From the NCBI GenBank assembly GCA_038087875.1, contig CM075981.1, positions 12,338,001-12,402,000 of the forward strand: a stretch of DNA of 64,000 nucleotides, written 5' to 3'. Origin of the DNA: Malacoraja senta. Lineage: Eukaryota. The notes beneath the pieces were generated by a model, which worked only from the letters and a program-made list of their open reading frames with translations, was not told the origin of the DNA and did no database searches. Position numbers and translations under genes: made by a program. Shown here piece by piece: positions 1-13,414 of the stretch; the stretch's first letter is position 1; every line of letters begins with the position of its first letter.

Positions 1-274
1 ATGGTGAGGTAATGGAGGGGAGGGGGAAGAGAGGGGGCGAGGGGAGAAAGCAGGGGAGGGTTGGTGGAGGGCGGGAAGAGGGAGGATAATGGAAGACCGG
101 AATAGGAGACTGAAGAGGGAGAGTGAGATGTGTCCACATTGAACTTATATTTTACAAGTTATCGCCATTTAAAACTTTAAAAACGTCAGCCGCGCCTGCA
201 GTTTGGGGCTATGGGTGAGTGGTGGAATATTGCCTTGGGAGAAACGGGCCCAACGGGTCCGCACTTGGTCTGGT
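1..274 (-). mobile_element. Third copy (5' part) of the same Helitron/Helentron-like family, running off the window
   Basis: The reverse complement ACCAAGTGCGGACCCGTTGGGCCC...AATATTCCACCACTCACCCATAGCCCC...ATAACTTGTAAAATATAAG matches 46582-46850. Confidence 0.7.
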
Positions 275-3200
275 ATTAAATAACTTTGAGGGTCCTCAAT
301 CCACTTAAGGGAAGGGGGATTACAATTTTGCCTCTGTATTTGTGGTCCATTAAAAAAAAGGTTTTACCATTCACCACAGGAGCAAGGGACACACTTCAAA
401 ACACAAAGATATGTTTTGTCATTTAAGTGAATTTCAGCAAACCAGATCGAAATTCAATAGTAATCCTTGCAAAGCAAACAGATTTGTTCACATCAAGTCA
501 CGGCAACATTAAGAGAATTGTGCTCTTGATTTACAAAAGACAGGGCAACTGGAGCACTGCTGTTCCTGATCATTGAGTGGCAACTTGTCACAAATTGCAA
601 AATACAGCTGGTTTATATGAGGGATCAATACATCAGAAATAATTCATAATACATTTAATTTCAACAATACGAGGTAGATCAGCACATACTTACTAGTAAT
701 GCATCCATTTCTTGAAAAGAAAGCATGCAGCAGATAAACCCAAACATTACCCTGTAATATGCCTCACGGAGGTAGACACAAAATGCTGGAGTAACTCAGT
801 GGGACAACAGCATCTCTGGAAAGAAGGAATATGCCTCACAGATCTGGTTTTCAAACTTATCCCTTACTGTCAGGTCAAGGTATAACCTTGCAACTGGTAC
901 CATGTAGTCCAGTTCAACCTGTGGGACATGCTCATCCTTCATAGAAAGTCTGCTTTGGCGGACCAGGCGGAAGAGATCTTTATGAACCAACGGCTGGAAA
1001 GGCGACGCAGCAATGCACTGTGGAATGCGAAGGGCTAGTCAGAGCACTAAAGACGACATGGCCATCCACTACAGCCAAGAAGCCTCCAGCCATGATGATT
1101 TTTCATACCACTGAACTCTGACTTCTGCGGCCAAGAGGGTGGGGTTGTTACAGTGCAACAGCTTCTCCGCCTTAAACTCATTCACGCACAGGTTTTTGTG
1201 CAGCCCTTTTCTCTACACAGACTCGTGAGCCATGTGTGAACTCACCAGAATTGAGACTGCACAACCCGCCATCGTCGTTACTGACGGGCCACCACCACCC
1301 TTTAATATTATGACAAAGGAATAGATCTGCACTACTCTTTCAACCAAAGAACAAATGCTGTGGCACTACACTATTCCACTGAGAAAACAATCGGAAGCCA
1401 AGAATTTCAGTTGGATCAAATATTGCAAACCCTCCACCTCATAATAAAGGGCAGGTGAAAAGTAGGCAGAGCAATATCCCGCACAGAGAGGAAATATTTA
1501 GCATGTTTTAACAGATAATTAAATAAACCAAGCAAACATTTCCCAGTCCCTTTTATTTGCCAATTAAAAAAAGTCCTGCTCTTAAAACCCCTTTTCAGCA
1601 GTTCTTTAAGCAAATGTGTATTGATTATTCTTCTCAAATCATTTCTTATTTCAATAAATTTCTCCCAAACCTCTCCATCCACTATTTTCTTATTTATACC
1701 AGATCATTCCCTTAACAGGAGCAAGAATGTTTCATTCTCAGATGTCATGAGTTAGAACTAGAAAATCCAAACAGGTTCCTAAACAAGCTGCTTTATGAAG
1801 CAAAATATGAAACTTACACAATAGATATGATTTATTTTAGCTCGAGCCATAAAAATAATAAAAAAATTGTAGCCTAAAAAAGCATGCAGCTGGAGGAACT
1901 CAGCTGGGCAAGTAGTATCTGAGGCGGTAAAGGGATGGTTGACATTTCTGGCTGCATCAGGGTCGAAACTTTCTCCTTTCTCCACAGTTGCTGCCTGACC
2001 CTCTTTGTTAATACAGCTGCTTGTCTTTCTCTCTCTTCACATTCTAGCAATTGTATTTATGCAAGGAAGCAAATAAAGGCTTAGTGATGTTAAATTCAGT
2101 TTAGAGGCATCTTAATTTCTGTTTCTTTCCAGAACAGTACAGAATCACTCCATGTGGTGAGGTGTTTTGGAGCCTTTCTGCCCATGTGCTCGAGCATTAG
2201 CCCAGCTTTTTTAAAAATTGGACAAGCACCGTTAAAATTCTTTTGCTTCATGCACTTAAATTGTTTCACCAACTAATAAAATCAAAGAGTTTTCCTACAC
2301 ATTGCAAGATCGTATTTGGAACGTACTCTAATTTATTGCATGCCTGGACTATATTTCTATCATCCAGACCATTTCACTAAAACTTGAAAGCATTTAGATA
2401 GATTGGAAGCAACTTTAATGCCTTTACAGAAACATGGTTTATTCCGGATCAGATTAAGGGTCTAGACATACACAGTAGTAAATCTGCACAATTCCAAAAG
2501 CCTATTCAGTGTACAATTTGCTCGTGGAAATGTGCTTAAGTAGTCTTACAAGTCTTTTGTAATTTTCTACCTACTCTGATATTAACTAATGTGGTGAATT
2601 CTATGAAGTTCCTTTTCAAAAGGCATCTAAATCATGTACAGGGTATATTACATTTTTAGTTCCAAATTATTTTATGAATATTGTGCCCATTATGGTTTTA
2701 CCCAAACTCATTTGCAGTGAATTGGCTTTTTGGGACTACGTAATTTATCCCCAATTAATCCTGTTTAGAAGATTTATAAACTGAAGAAACTAATTCTCAG
2801 GACCCAAATGCAGTCAGCTATTGCATTCTCAAGCAAGCCTTAAGCAAAATAAAGGGTATGCAACAGTCATGATAAGCATACCAGATTATAAATAAGTGTG
2901 AAGCAAAATTTACTTTTCCCTATTACTGAAGAATAACTGCAATAAAGCCAAAATGATTTTCTTCAGTAATATTACAGGACTTACGGACCTGTAGATATAA
3001 AATTGTTAACATTGCACATGTAATATGCAACTTGAGACACTACCATTTCTACATGTATTAATATATCCTGTTGCAAAACTTCAGTGAGAATACCCATTGG
3101 GAACATACTAGTTGCCTGCAGGAATTACCCCTGTACACAACATAGCCAAGGTTCAAAATTATCATGCAACATTGGATTTAAAAAAATAATTGGTAAATAA

Positions 3201-4150
3201 CTCTGGTGTTCTCAACTGTGGCCACATGGTGGCTCTGCACCGGCTTCTCAATTTAAAAGGGGCAAATTATACCCAAGTATCATGGCAACATGATACCCCT
3301 TTGTGGGGAAATTTAAGTGAAAGGGATAATAGTTAATCACTTTAAAAGGTATGCAGTCAAATAATCAAAAAAGCCTCCTGCCATGCAATTATCAGTGTCC
3401 CCCATCATAAAATCATGGGTGGGAAGTGAGAATTAAGGACAGAAAGAAACAAACACTCACTGACAGAAACACTGGAAACTGCAAAAAAAACATCAATCTG
3501 CCTCCTGATTCTGCAAAGCCTTTCTACCAACACAACTGAAATGTGATGGAATACATTTAGCTCCAGCAAAAGCCGAATGCCATCTAACAGAAAATACAAT
3601 GTCTAAACACTTGAATGACCTACTCAAACTCAGTGTGGATGTGTTCACCTCACTGACAGCAACTGCTCAGTGCTGGTAAAGTACAAAGACACTGACAATT
3701 AGGGATCATCAGAAAACGAAAGGAAAATGTATCTGACATCTTGTAAAAATAGTGAAAAAGATCAATTTCTCACTGGTGCATTCCATCATCTTTTGTACTT
3801 GAGTTCCTGGTATCACACAAACATCCCACAGTACTCCAACCATCCTCAAACTCCTTTTGGTCTCAAATCCTCACATGAAAATTCTTAGGTAGGATAATTT
3901 CTTGAATAAAATAATTTCAGAAGGAAGAATTAATTTTTGTGGTTTGTATAACTTGCAGCAGAGAAATTCTAACTTTCTCTTGTACCCCAGAGTGAAGGCA
4001 CCTTTAATTCGTCACAAGATCTAATACCAGAGCATTTTTTAAGACTTGCATTACATTTTGTATAGTTGTCATTAAAAATATACTTAATAGCTGACATTTA
4101 ACCCAAGTAACAAATGTAAAATTGAACTGGTAAATCCAAGCTTCACGTAC

Positions 4151-4258
4151 CTTGTCACCAAGCTGTGGAATTGGACATCCTTCCAGTTCTTTTATATGGT
4201 ATGGTACAGTCATCCTTATTCCAGCTTCGTCATATGCAATTACTCCCTCTTCCGAATC
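4151..4258 (-). CDS. CSDE1: CSDE1 coding exon (DSEEGVIAYDEAGIRMTVPYHIKELEGCPIPQLGDK), 108 nt
   Basis: ttttttag|GAT ... AAG|gtacgt; overlaps track ORF 4004..4213. Confidence 0.95.
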
Positions 4259-4479
4259 CTAAAAAATGAGAAAATAGGAAATGTTCAACAATGGAGGTTA
4301 GCTCACCAGTAACACATTAGCCAGACCAGAGTTAGGGAAACAGTCTTCATCGTTGGATTCGTTCAATTCCTATAAAGTTTAAACCATTTCATTAAATAAG
4401 ACATGCCATGAAAATCCACTTTTTAAAAATGTAATGTTAACACTTAAAATATTTAAAGGTTACATTCTTTCATAGGAGA

Positions 4480-5620
4480 GGATGTGACTTTTCTCTGAAG
4501 CTGAGGGTACTGAGGAGATGACCTTACTTTATAAAATCATACTGTAGATGGTCAGGTTTTTTTCCACCTAGGATAGGGCAATTCCAAACTAGATGCAATA
4601 AATTTAAGATGAGAGGGGAAAGATTTAATAGGAACTAGAGTGGCAACCTTTTCCACACAGTGGGTTTATGGACAAACTGCCAGAAGAAGTTAGAGGCGGA
4701 TACAAATGCAAATGTTTAAAATATATTTACACAGGTACATGGGTAGCAAGGGTTTAATAATAATAATAATAATACATTTTATTTATATAGCGCTTTTCAG
4801 GACTCAAAGTCGCTTAGATGGATATGGCCAAATGCAGGCAAGTGGGATATGCTCAGGGAGACATCTTCGCATGGACCCGTTTCCATGCTGTATAATAACG
4901 GACTATGACACTAAAACTTTCACTTGTGAAAAGCACAACCATATCTAAATGGTATTCAAGAGTTTCCTTAGCACCAGGAAAGAAACGTGTGGGAGGAAAC
5001 AGTGTGAAAGACAAGAGATAGATTTGCACAAAATCGAATAGTATGTGCAGGTAGAGCAAGGAATAAATAAGGCTGTTATCGCCAAATTGTTCAATACAAA
5101 AGAAAAAAACTCTGCTCTGAATTTCCAGGGTCCTGTTGAAACTAAGTCTGAAATATTCCATACACAGATCTGGCCTCCCTTCCCCAAGGGGATATAAAGG
5201 TATTAGAGGGAATGAAGGAAGGGCTCACCAGGTTAATTCCTGGGATTGCCAGACATTGTGGGTCATAACATTGTAGTGGTTTGTCATGCAAAGAAGTGCA
5301 TAAGCAGACTAGGACTGTACTCAGAATGAGGGGTGATCAATCGTACAAAGGTCTCACAGGGCATTAGAGGATAAATGCATGGAATTTGATCCAGCTCAGG
5401 TGTCTGGAACAAGTGATCAGTTTTAAAATAAGCAGCCAACCATTTAAAGTAGAAATAAGAAATGTCTTCATGCAGATCTTTGCAATTCTTTACCCTGAAG
5501 GACTGAGCTCATTCGAAAGAGACCTATTTATTTCTGCATAAAGGGAAATGGAGAATACTGGAGGAAAACAGAGCTAAGGTAGTTATAATTAATTATAATC
5601 ATGATGAATCGCAGAGCAAA
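4480..5620 (+). mobile_element. Two degraded CR1 3' fragments (~4480-4900 and ~5150-5620)
   Basis: Remnants of RGDL...YKI and F.QRV.NLWN motifs and CR1-type 3'UTR. Confidence 0.65.
4755..4816 (-). mobile_element. Extreme 5'-truncated copy of the same L2 3' tail, nested in a CR1 fragment
   Basis: Almost identical to 60454-60516 ((TAA)n-ACATTTTATTTATATAGCGCTTTTCA..GGACTCAAAGTCGCTT). Confidence 0.85.
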
Positions 5621-6384
5621 TGCAAAAGGACCAGATGGGCTCCTTCTGTTCCTAATTATGTAAATTAATTAGGGTGGGAGAAACTCCAAGCACAAACAAT
5701 GAAACTGCCACTAAAACTCTTCAGACCCTTGCCTCAAGTTCCTCAATAACCTTCCTGCTATTAAGTTTGGAGTGTGAATAGTTGAGGGTTATATCATGCT
5801 CAGCTTAACTATCAACTCATGTCATAATGTGTCCTTGCTCACATGGCCTTGGACAGCATTCAAGCCTGGTCTGATTATTTGGCATAATCTCTGGCTGCCG
5901 GCTATGACCATCTGCCACAAGAAAAAAAAATTGAATCTTTATCCCCAACATTCAATAGTCCAACCATTTAAAGTTAACTGGAACAATCCTGCAAATTCTA
6001 GGTGCTGTGGTAGCAATGAACCGTGCAAGACAGGGAGTATTCAGTCGTAACTAATTCAGTCCCTATTCAAATCTGCTTTTCATCTACAATGTACTTTGAG
6101 CTCTCCATCTACAATGTACTTTGAGAGCAATGGGTGTCTAAAGTATTTTATACTCGCCTAGTAAATTGAGTTGTAAAGTTGGCCATGTTTACATCAAACG
6201 ACAAAAGTTAATTGCCACTCCTTGTTACCAGCACATTGTAAATATGCCTGCATCAAGATTGATTGCAACAACATCACAGCTTCTCAGAGGTCAGTCAAAT
6301 TTCCCAATGCCGAAGTCTATGCATTTGAATGACTGTTCTGCCCAGTTTATTGAGCTTAACATTCATGATCCTCTCACTTTTGTT

Positions 6385-6980
6385 TTGTGTAACCAGTGGT
6401 TTGCATCTTGCAGTGTAGCCTCTGTATTTCTGTTCATGAAGTCTTCTGTGGACAGTGGTATTTGACAAATTAACACCCGACTCCTGAAGAGTGCTTGTGA
6501 TCTGTCGGACAGGTGTTTGGGGTTTTTCTTTATTATAGAGAGAATTCTACTGTCATCAGCCGTGGAGGTCTTCCTTAGCCTTCTAGTTCCTTTGCAATTA
6601 GTAAGCTCACCAATGCTCTTTCTTCTTAACGATGCTCCAAACAGTTGATTTTGGTAAGCTTACGGTTTGGCTGATGTCTCTTAACAGTTTTATTCTTGTT
6701 TCTCAGTCTCATAACGGCTTCTTTGACTTTCATTGGCACAACATTATGGTGCCCTGAAATGGGGGGGACTATGTATAAACACAACTGTAATTTCTACACG
6801 GTGAAACCAAAATGAATAAAAATACCCTTTAATAAAGTCTGACAATGTGCACTTCAACCACGTGATTTTTTTCTATTACAAATCTCAAATTGTGGAGTAC
6901 AGAGGCAAATAAATAAATTATGTTTATTCCAAACATTATGGAGGGCATAATCTTTGTTCCAAATAATATGGAGGGCACTG
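6385..6980 (-). mobile_element. Degraded Tc1 remnant of a second family (one TIR plus frameshifted N-terminal transposase)
   Basis: Terminus TA|CAGTGCCCTCCAT on the minus strand. Remnant peptides MKVKEAVMRLRNKNKTV, LPKSTVWSIVKK, HRRLHEQKYRGYTARCKPLV. Confidence 0.8.
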
Positions 6981-7039
6981 TATATGATCACAGACTTCCC
7001 TGGGTCCGTGGTAAAATGGACCTCAGCTGCTGAGTCCAA

Positions 7040-7735
7040 CTGGGGAGCACAGAAGTCCTTCCAGGTGAGGCAGAGGTTCATGTGTACCTCTAACCTCATC
7101 TACTGCATATTGTGTTTACGATATTGCCTCCTTTACATCGGTGAGACTAAGCAGACTTTCACTGAACACTTGCAGCACCCTGGTCCGCCAAGGACTACTG
7201 GATCTCCCAGTTGTTAACCATTTTAAATCTCCTTCCCATTCCCTACTGACCTTTCTGTCCTGGGCCTCCTCCATTGTCAGTGTGAGGCCACATACTAAAT
7301 GGAGGAACAGTACATCATATTCCACTTGGGTAGCTTACAAACCAATGGTGTGAACATTGAATGCTCCAATTTTAGGTTTCCATCTTCCATGGGTCCTACC
7401 TGGACTCGCACCCATTTCTCCTCTTACTCTAGCTTCATAATTTGCAGCTCTTCTATCCTTAGCTCACACCTTTTGTCTTTTCATTTCTGGCCCTTGTCCA
7501 ACCATCTGCCTATCAAAATCCACCATCACTTGTATCCACCCATCACTTGCCAAGCTTTGTCCTGACCTTCTTTCTTCCTCCCCATCTCAATTAGTCTGAC
7601 CGGGGGGGGGGGGGGGGGGGTCTGACCTGAAACATCACCCTATACACGTTCTCCAGAGATGCTGCCTGACTCACTGAGATACCCCTGCACTTTGTAATTT
7701 TTTGTAAAGCAGCACTTGCAGTTCCTTGTTTCTAC
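7040..7735 (+). mobile_element. Penelope-like element 3' fragment (GIY-YIG endonuclease plus terminal repeat)
   Basis: FQVRQRFMCTSNLIYCILC...LYIGETK and EEQYIIFHLGSLQTNGVNIECSNF, followed by the ctccagagatgctgcctgac repeat. Confidence 0.82.
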
Positions 7736-8889
7736 TGATGAACTCTACTTGCCAAATATTCTCAGTTTTAAATCAGAAGACTTTTCAGGCTGCACATTTT
7801 CGCAGAGAAAATAAAACCATTCAAACTGACAAACCGTAGGAATAGGTGTCTTCACAGGAAATAAAATGTGCCATTGTATCACAGACAAGGTTATTCAGAT
7901 GGGCAATGGCACGAAAAGGTTGCTGCTGGCCACCTCTTGAAGCAGATGGATATTAATTAACATCTGCCTTATTTCGAGAAAGCATATGAATTTTACTGCA
8001 ACATAGCCAGATCAAATTGATGTCACTGGTGGCTTTCAGGGAAGCAATTTTTTCAAAGCACAATTGCATAATGTTCGGCAATTAACCTGTTCCTTTGAAT
8101 TTCACATGACACATTTTAGGCAGAGCTGAAGCAAGGTAACTTTCTGTGAAATTCACAAATTAGTTCAGCAGAATACAATTCATGATATTGTTACCCAGAT
8201 TTAGTTGGTATTAGCCAAATGATAGCCTTGGCTAAGCTAATAACTTGTTCACTGCAAGGCCCAACAATTTATTAATTAAAATTAGCCATTCAACTTCCCA
8301 GAATTGTGGATCCACAAAAAGATTCAATTAGCGTCACCACAAATAGTAATTGTACTGTGACTAAACCATGCTAACATTTAATTCCATTGAAACAGTCTAA
8401 ATATTCTCCATTCTGAAAAAGCAGCATGTATTATTGGAATACAAACATGGTTTGCAAGGATTCTCCCATTTTTCCTGAACAAAAGGTGTCACACAATAAA
8501 AAGGAGTTTAGTCATTCTCCTTTAGCTGAAAGGAAGAGGGCAAATAGGAAGGGGGAAAAAAATAATTAAGCGCGAAAATGACTTGCAGCTTCTTTTTCCA
8601 TTGATAACGTCAACATAACATTTCAGTTCCATTACTTCCCAAGACAGCGCTACCATAGAAATATATGATTGAGGATAGTATGATTACAATCATATGGATA
8701 TTGCTGGATCATTAGAAAAATTGGTACAATAGATTGTTTGATGATGATCCGTTCAGATTATGCAGTCATTGAAATTTGTTTGAGTTCCGAGAGAAAGCTT
8801 AAGTGGTTAAAATGCAATGTTAGTCTGTAGGGGTCTTACCTTCCACATGCCATTCCCCGTGACAATAAAGAAACCATTGAACATTGAAT

Positions 8890-9020
8890 GTTTAGGAAAG
8901 AACTGCAGAAGCAGGTATACACCAAAGATATAAACAACATGCTGGAGTAACTCAGTGGGACAGGCAGCATCTCTGGAGATAAGGAATGGGTGATGTTTCT
9001 GGTCAAGACCCTTCTTCAAA
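8890..9020 (-). repeat. Solo Penelope-type terminal repeat (similar copies near 775-830, 1880-2005, 16140-16540, 63650-63960)
   Basis: Shared string gctggagtaactcag.gg.caggcagcatctctgga. Confidence 0.75.
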
Positions 9021-10172
9021 CTGTTCAAATTTGAACATTGAAAGCTTACAAGAATTGCAATCTAGTTTATTCACACCAACATAACACCTGTGACATTAGC
9101 CAAAATTGTATTCCAAGGATGAAACACAGACTTCAAAGTTACAAAAATGAAGCAGCAAGGTAGAAACATCGTTGTCTTCTAAAGACCCTAAACCGGTTTG
9201 AAGCTTGGTTTATGGAGATCATTTTTTAGTAAATCTTTTTCTGCCATAATAAATTGCTCAGTTTAAGTTGTTGTAGCATTTGATGGGAGATCTAGCCTGA
9301 ATTTTATGGCTAGGTTAGAACAGTCATTTAATTTGTGGTGAAGCTTTCCTCATGCAGATAGAGGGGAAAAAAAGATTTTAAACTCTAACCTGGCATTGTG
9401 CCTTAATTTTAATATAATTTGAATAACTATTCTGTAACCAAATGTGCTGAACAATGAACAAAATGTTCATTAATCATTAATAACCACACTTCCACAAAAA
9501 AAATCGAACACCTTATAATCCATTAGGGGATATGTTTGGACGCGATTATACAAGATGAGAAAACTGTGCACTAACCGACACTAGCTCCAGCAGCTACATA
9601 AAAATCATGTATTGAGATCCTGCCCAGAATCAATACGATTCTTTCACAGCCAGATGCCTGCAATACAGAGGACGGCCATTTCCACCGATGTACTGAAAGA
9701 GCAGTTCCATACCCTTTTTTTCTGCAACTCTAAACTCATGTTCAAGTCCACAATCTTTTTTAAATCTTACTGAACCAACTTCCATCACTTTTCAGATACC
9801 ACGCAGTTCCAGATAATTAGGTGAAAATCTCTCATTTATCATTGATCTTTTCCAACTGGTTTTAAACCTATGACCTTGACCTCTTATTATTGACCCACAA
9901 TTGAAGTGAGAAAAATCAAGTTTACATTAAAAGCCCTCACTTTGATGAACATAGTTCACTTTCAGTTTCATTGTTCTAAGATCAGAATAACTACAGATAT
10001 CTAACAGCTTTGATTTATATTTCTACAGCAGGTATAACATTCGTATTGTAATCAGTTTTGGTCTGGTTATAATTGATGCCTTTGAAGAACAAGAGAACAT
10101 CTTAAAATTTCTACAGAATCGACATCTTAAAGCAGCGAGAAACCAATGCTTCCCATTAACAATTCATGTTAC

Positions 10173-10337
10173 CTTTTCTTTACTTTTAGCCGGGCTGGTG
10201 GACTTGGATATTGAACCAGCAGCTTCTTTCTCCACTACTCCAAAGTAACGTTGCTCAGATTGGGTGTGAAATGACACTGTCCCTTTTGGAAGCTTTTTAA
10301 TTCGGATTGCATGGTTCCTTTGAGCTGAAAGGACATC
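10173..10337 (-). CDS. CSDE1: CSDE1 coding exon ([38 protein letters not shown]...AKSKEK), 165 nt
   Basis: ttctaag|GAT ... AAG|gtaaca. Confidence 0.96.
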
Positions 10338-10799
10338 CTTAGAAAAAACAAACTTTAATTACAGATTTTCACAGATAAGGCTAATACCCAATAGACTGTT
10401 GCTAAGGAATGATTTTACCATGTGTAATCTATGGAGAAATAGACTAAATGTTTAATATTTCTGTAAAATATCTGAATTAATAATCTGTTCTGATTAGAAG
10501 TGTAAAATATGGAAGAGCATTCCTTCTCCAGCACCATTCTCAACCAGTCAAACTTAGTTTACTTTTATAGGACTGCGTCTCCCTGCCCTCTACATTTACA
10601 ATAATCTTGGACTGAATTACTACCTGCTGCATTAAAGTCCGATTTGGGGATTAAATGACAGAACAGAAATAACCATTCTGTCCCAGCATAACGCTATATT
10701 TTTTTTATTACAGTAATCTTAATTTTATATCTGACATGTGCACACTGTCTCCCTGAACTCTGCTCAGAGCAGAACCCAGCGTACTCGAGTGTTTAACTG

Positions 10800-12010
10800 C
10801 CATGTGCATTGGGAACAGAGCAATTAAATGTTTACTTGCTGCAGCCTTTACTAGTCAATTCATGTAATAACACAAATTAAATACATAATCAATGGACAAT
10901 AAATTAAATCAGTAATGCTAGGTAACCAGACTATGAGAGTGCAAAACTGAAATAAGTGGTGCAGCCAAAGACAGTCCATTGATCAGAGTTGCTGAAGTAG
11001 GGATGTAGTTAGGGCTGTGCACAGTTCAACAGCCTGATGGTTGATGGGAAGCTTTTCTTGAAACAGGAGATCACAGTTTTTCCCAATGGGAGCAGCAAGA
11101 TGAGATTGTGGCCAGGGTGGTGTGAATCATTGATGGCATTGGCTACCTTTGAGGCAGCTCTTCCCGCAGATCCTTTTGATGGTAGGGAGGCAAATACTCT
11201 GGGTGGACCTGGCAGTGGTTTCCACTTTATGCAGTCTCTTTGGTTCCTGGACATTCAAGTTACTGAACCAGGCCACGATGTAACCAGTCAGTATGCTCTC
11301 TACTGTACACTTGAAGAGAGTAAACTCTAGAGTAAACAATCAACTCCCTGATCTTGGCAACGTTGAGCAAGAATGCTGCTGACAGCTTTTAGATTATCAA
11401 TCTCCCTCCTACACTGTGACTTATCGTTGCCCATTATTCGCTCAGAGATGGTATTGTTGATGAATTTAGAGATGGCAAAGAGCTGCAACATGGGCATAGA
11501 GAGTAGAGCAGGGGGTTGACCACAGCCTTAAGATGTTCCTGTGCTGATGGTTAGACGAGGAATTGTTGCCGCCAATCGTACTGATTGAGGTCTCTTAATG
11601 AGGCAATCGAGGATCCAATTGCATCACAACTCGTGTCAGACTTTAATGACTAGTTTAGAGGGGATGTGTCGAGCACCAAGAGTCAATGAACAACAGCCTG
11701 ACTTGCGTTTTATTGTCTAAGTGATCCAGTGAGAGGGGAGAGCCAGTGTGATCGCATCCACTGCTGATTTGTTAAGGCGGTACATGAATGAAAGGGGGGG
11801 GGGGGGGTGAAATCCAGGTCATTAAGACAGGAGTTGATGTCATAACCAACCTCTCAAGATAACTCATCACACGGACGTGATGGTAGTTATTGAGGCTTTT
11901 CTTGGACACCTGTATTATGGATATCGTTTCAAAACAGGTGGGGACCTCAGACCTTAGTAGGGAAGGGTGGAATATGTCCACAAAGAACTCCAGCCGGTTG
12001 ATCCACCCAG
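10800..12010 (-). mobile_element. Degraded Rex1/Babar LINE fragment
   Basis: PTCFETISIIQVSKK..LNNY..VMSYLERLVM and ESILTGYIVAWFSNL, similar to the Rex1 RT and C-terminus. Confidence 0.75.
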
Positions 12011-13273
12011 ACATCAGAGCTAGCTCATCACCATCACAGGTTAATCCAGCAATAATTCGATGGGACACGATGACCACCTGGGTCGTCCTTCCTTAAATGC
12101 CAAATGTGTTCGAATGATTCACCTCCCAATTTCTATCAAATGGCTGATCTGATCACATGTCCCTAGTGTGTGACATAACATTTAGCCATTTAGCAGGATT
12201 TTAGCTTCAATTATCATCTATAATTATAGTTTTCTCTTAGATCTTGCACTGAAGTAGTGCACTTCCCCAGAATTTGGGCTCTGATCGTTAGTCTTATGAA
12301 GTTCCTAGTGATCTCGATAATCAAAATCCACAGGAATTGGATGTGGTTAATTTTAATTAAGACATTTCTCACATGGAGGCCTTTGTCTCTCAAGGCTTGC
12401 GGGGAAACTGAATATTAAATGCTGGTCAACATTCAGCTATGTGGCTTTACTGTACACAGTCCCACAAATGGAATTAGGCACTCTTCCTGTTTTTCAACTG
12501 TACTTTGGGAGCCCAGGTATAATGAAAACCAGTTTCCAATCCTGAACCAGTTTCCAATCCTGAATCATCCTTCTCTTGTTGCAAGAGTTCATCTTCCCAC
12601 AGAACATCAAGAGTTCATAAAACAAAACAAAAAATGTGTGGATTAAGCACACAATGCAAGGTCACAAAACTTCACACTTTTAAACACACCTTGGTGTGCA
12701 TGCAAGAATCCTGGCATTATGCCAATACTTGACTGTAGGTCATTGACACTTTTTGAAAATTCTTATAATTATATTAAAGTCAAAAACTTGCACTGAGTTT
12801 GAAACAATGGGCGATTAACACAAGTTATAAATGTAGTGGGCAAGCAGACATTACTCCTACACAAAACTCAAAGTCTGCCTCTAATAACATCATTAGAGAT
12901 TTCAAACTTTAATTTACACAATTATTCCCCCCCCCCCCCCAGTTTTCTTCCTTTGTAAAGGACTTGATACATGTTCCATGAGATACCATTCCTTTCTTAA
13001 GAAGCATTTTATATTCACCAGAACTAGTATTCCTCCAATTGGAACCAAAGATAAACAGTATTATACATTAATTACCAATTTGGAATGTCATAATACACAG
13101 GCAGTTTGCTTACAATGTCATCAAGCTAACTTCAGACGTGAAATATAGACAACGTCGTTTATACAGAGCGAGTAACAAGCCAGGACCCGACGCCAAGGGT
13201 TCTGATCCATTATTAGCTTGAACACATCTGTGTTTAGATTTTAGTAAAAGCACTCAATAATTAAAGCACTTAC

Positions 13274-13414
13274 GGGGACAACTGTGAATTCAACCTCATC
13301 CGAGATGTGGAGCTGCAGACTATCCATGATCTCACTAAAGTGGAAGAACATTCGAGCATCGCGATCTACACATTTAATGAAACCAAATCCATCTCTCATA
13401 GCTGCAATCACACC
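13274..13414 (-). CDS. CSDE1: CSDE1 coding exon ([47 protein letters not shown]), 141 nt
   Basis: ctatag|GGT ... CCC|gtaagt. Confidence 0.97.

Noticed and set aside
796-990. ORF containing cag|GTT GAA (VE...) as the possible next CSDE1 exon
   Set aside because: It translates to VELDYMVPV..., not the expected VEF...RLLG...KDNFGFIE exon, and runs into a Penelope repeat. The next exon appears to lie beyond the window start.
6081-6126. Short direct duplications (also 12527-12563) as CRISPR-like repeats
   Set aside because: Only two units with no spacer array, in a eukaryotic intron; ordinary slippage duplications.
7602-7620. Long G/C homopolymers (also ~11794, 12926, 16240, 17640, 20577, 23424, 61073)
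   Set aside because: Mostly inside repeats, with lengths unreliable in assemblies; no pattern linked to exons.
9713-9721. Possible 9-nt lysine-rich microexon cag|AAAAAAAGG|gtatgg
   Set aside because: No polypyrimidine tract, and it lies within apparent degraded repeat sequence.
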